26,640 nucleotides of DNA from Steroidobacteraceae bacterium (lineage in GTDB: Bacteria > Pseudomonadota > Gammaproteobacteria > Steroidobacterales > Steroidobacteraceae): contig DATLVV010000109.1 in NCBI GenBank assembly GCA_035577165.1, forward strand, positions 1 through 26,640. Reading direction: 5' to 3'. Positions within the stretch are counted from its first letter, which is position 1. Every line of letters begins with the position of its first letter. Shown here in pieces: positions 25,114-26,640 of the stretch. A program made the translations under genes and the position numbers. Below the pieces are notes generated by a model, which worked only from the letters and a program-made list of their open reading frames with translations, ran no database searches and was not told the DNA's origin.

Positions 25114-26388
25114 ATGGCCGTCATCGATCGCCGCGGGGCTACGGTTGACGCCTCCGCCACTCCGCTGGAGAGTGGGCCGACCACGACGCTCGCCATCAAG
25201 GCGCCGTGCCTCGTCGCTACCACGGCAAACATCACGCTGTCGGGAACGCAGACTATCGACGGCGTGTCGGTCGGCTCGGGCAGCGAGCGCGTGCTGGTCA
25301 AGGACCAGACCGACCAGACGACCAACGGCATCTATGTCGCGTCGACCGGCAACTGGACGCGCGCGGTCGACGCCGCCTCCAACACGTCATGGACCGAGGG
25401 CACGCTCGTCTATGTGCAGTCCGGGACCGCGGGCGGCGGCAATGTTTTTGCGCAGACCACGTTTGCGTCTCCGCTCATCATCGGGACCAACAATCTCACC
25501 TTCGCCTTTGCGGCGCAGTTCATCAGCGCTCTGGCGGCAGGCAAGACATTGGGGCGCAACTTCGGGGCCGGAACCGGCGCCGTCCAGATCATCCCGCTGC
25601 GGCAGAAACTCGATGCCGCCCTCACGCTCTATGCGGATTTCGTCAACGGGAACGATGCGAACGACGGGCTGACTGCGGGTGCGGCTCCGGCTGGCACCAC
25701 GCACGGCGCCTTCAAGACCGTGCAGGCCGCCTATAACGCGCTGACAACGCGCTACGATACCGGCGGCCAGAACGTCACGATCTCGTTCAACAATAACGAC
25801 ACGCAGGGCCTCGTCATCACATTCCCTTGGGCGGGGGGTGGACAACTCGCCATCCAGGGTCCGGGCGGTTCTCCTCCAAGCATCGGCCTGGTGCCGAGTT
25901 CGGGGAGCGGCATCACGGTGCTGGCACCGCTGCCGGCGACGCTGTTTCTGCTCAACTTCAAGGTCTCCGGGTTGCTCTATGGCGTCTCGCTTCAGGCGCC
26001 CGGCAAGATCAGCGTCAAGAACCTCAATTTCGCGGCGACCGGAACCGCACATATCAGCGCTCTCGTGCCTGGGGCGAGCATCGTCGCCAATGGCTCCTAC
26101 ACGATTTCAGGTGGTGCCGCGATCCATTGGTATGCCGCGCTCGGCGGCAACATCACCATGCAGATTCCCCTTACTTTGAGTGGGACGCCAGCCTTCTCCG
26201 CGGCGTTCGCCGCATCCGATACAATCTCGCTAGTTTATGCCGGCGGCGCTTCGTATTCCGGCTCCGCGACAGGTTCGCGATACTTCGTGAACAATAACGC
26301 CGTCGTGAACACCGGCACATCCGGAAACCCGAACGCGCTACCGGGCAACTCGGCGGGCACAGCCTCGAATGGGGGTATCTATCAATGA
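25114..26388 (+). CDS. Tail fibre / tailspike-like protein, 424 aa
   Basis: GGAG SD; N-terminal K.PC.VATTANITLSG.QTIDGV...RVLVKDQT..TTNGIYV...W.RA.D phage fibre domain; LY.D..NGND.NDGLT...FKTVQAA motif leading into a beta-helix-like C-terminus. Confidence 0.8.
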   Translation: MAVIDRRGATVDASATPLESGPTTTLAIKAPCLVATTANITLSGTQTIDGVSVGSGSERVLVKDQTDQTTNGIYVASTGNWTRAVDAASNTSWTEGTLVYVQSGTAGGGNVFAQTTFASPLIIGTNNLTFAFAAQFISALAAGKTLGRNFGAGTGAVQIIPLRQKLDAALTLYADFVNGNDANDGLTAGAAPAGTTHGAFKTVQAAYNALTTRYDTGGQNVTISFNNNDTQGLVITFPWAGGGQLAIQGPGGSPPSIGLVPSSGSGITVLAPLPATLFLLNFKVSGLLYGVSLQAPGKISVKNLNFAATGTAHISALVPGASIVANGSYTISGGAAIHWYAALGGNITMQIPLTLSGTPAFSAAFAASDTISLVYAGGASYSGSATGSRYFVNNNAVVNTGTSGNPNALPGNSAGTASNGGIYQ

Positions 26389-26640
26389 GGCGGCTGGCCG
26401 GCGTTCTCCTTTGCCTGTGGGGTCTCACGGGGGCTGCGCTGGCGCAGACCATCCCGACCTATTGGTATTGGCAGGTCGCCGATTCGAGCCCGTCGACCTC
26501 GGTGTGGGAGGCGACCAGCGGGACACTCGTCTCCAACACGTCGAGCAACTTCACGACATGGCTTACGGCGGTCGCGGCGCAGCCGGGGGTCTCCGGTCAG
26601 GGCCTTGCATACACGATCTGCAACGTCACCAACAATGGCT
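26385..26640 (+). CDS. Fibre-associated protein with predicted Sec signal peptide (3' truncated)
   Basis: ATGA overlap with fibre stop; MRRLAGVLLCLWGLTGAALA-QTIPTYWYWQV...VWEATSG..V...F.TWL; open to the window end. Confidence 0.65.
   Translation, partial: MRRLAGVLLCLWGLTGAALAQTIPTYWYWQVADSSPSTSVWEATSGTLVSNTSSNFTTWLTAVAAQPGVSGQGLAYTICNVTNNG

Larger units (their letters stand above)
1..26640 (+). mobile_element. Podovirus-type (T7/BPP-1-like gene order) phage or prophage virion morphogenesis module
   Basis: Co-directional run of terminase, portal, scaffold, capsid, tail tubular A/B, ejection proteins and tail fibre, mostly joined by ATGA/GTGA/TGATG/TAATG overlaps. No host genes or att site visible, so free phage and prophage cannot be distinguished. 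Confidence 0.95.

Noticed and set aside
25071-25130. Sigma70-type promoter for the antisense microprotein (TAAGGT as -10 on the minus strand)
   Set aside because: No recognisable -35 element at a proper spacing; too weak to call.
22080-25331. 1083-aa minus-strand ORF (also 6142..7767, 19700..20815, 13920..14843 and similar)
   Set aside because: Antisense shadows of strongly codon-biased GC-rich + strand genes; no SD or recognisable motifs and they overlap well-supported genes almost entirely.
25114-26640. Diversity-generating retroelement, suggested by the BPP-1-like gene order
   Set aside because: No reverse transcriptase and no TR/VR repeat pair visible in this window; it cannot be excluded downstream.

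Overview
The whole window is the virion-morphogenesis (late) module of a GC-rich (roughly 65% by eye) short-tailed dsDNA phage or prophage with a T7/BPP-1-like podovirus gene order. An alphaproteobacterial host is inferred, not shown. Order on the + strand: terminase large subunit C-terminus, small ORFs, portal, Bbp19-like protein, scaffold, major capsid protein, a capsid-decoration/fibre fusion, an intrinsic terminator, a TPR-GT9-FkbM fusion plus a GT4 glycosyltransferase, a run of small ORFs (including a DnaJ-type Zn finger and a HiPIP-like four-Cys protein), tail tubular proteins A and B, a GNAT-like protein, three internal virion (ejection) proteins (one with an embedded M15 peptidase, one of 1632 aa with inserted domains), a tail fibre, and the start of a signal-peptide-bearing fibre-associated gene. 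The only supported minus-strand gene is a 45-aa membrane microprotein below the ORF-track cutoff. The most interesting signals are a candidate virion glycosylation locus beside a Ser/Thr-rich head fibre, a signal-less HiPIP-like protein coupled to the tail adaptor gene, and the antisense microprotein at the P22 sieA-equivalent position. All family assignments come from recalled motifs and synteny; no database search was run. No integrase, lysis, replication, RNA or CRISPR features were seen.
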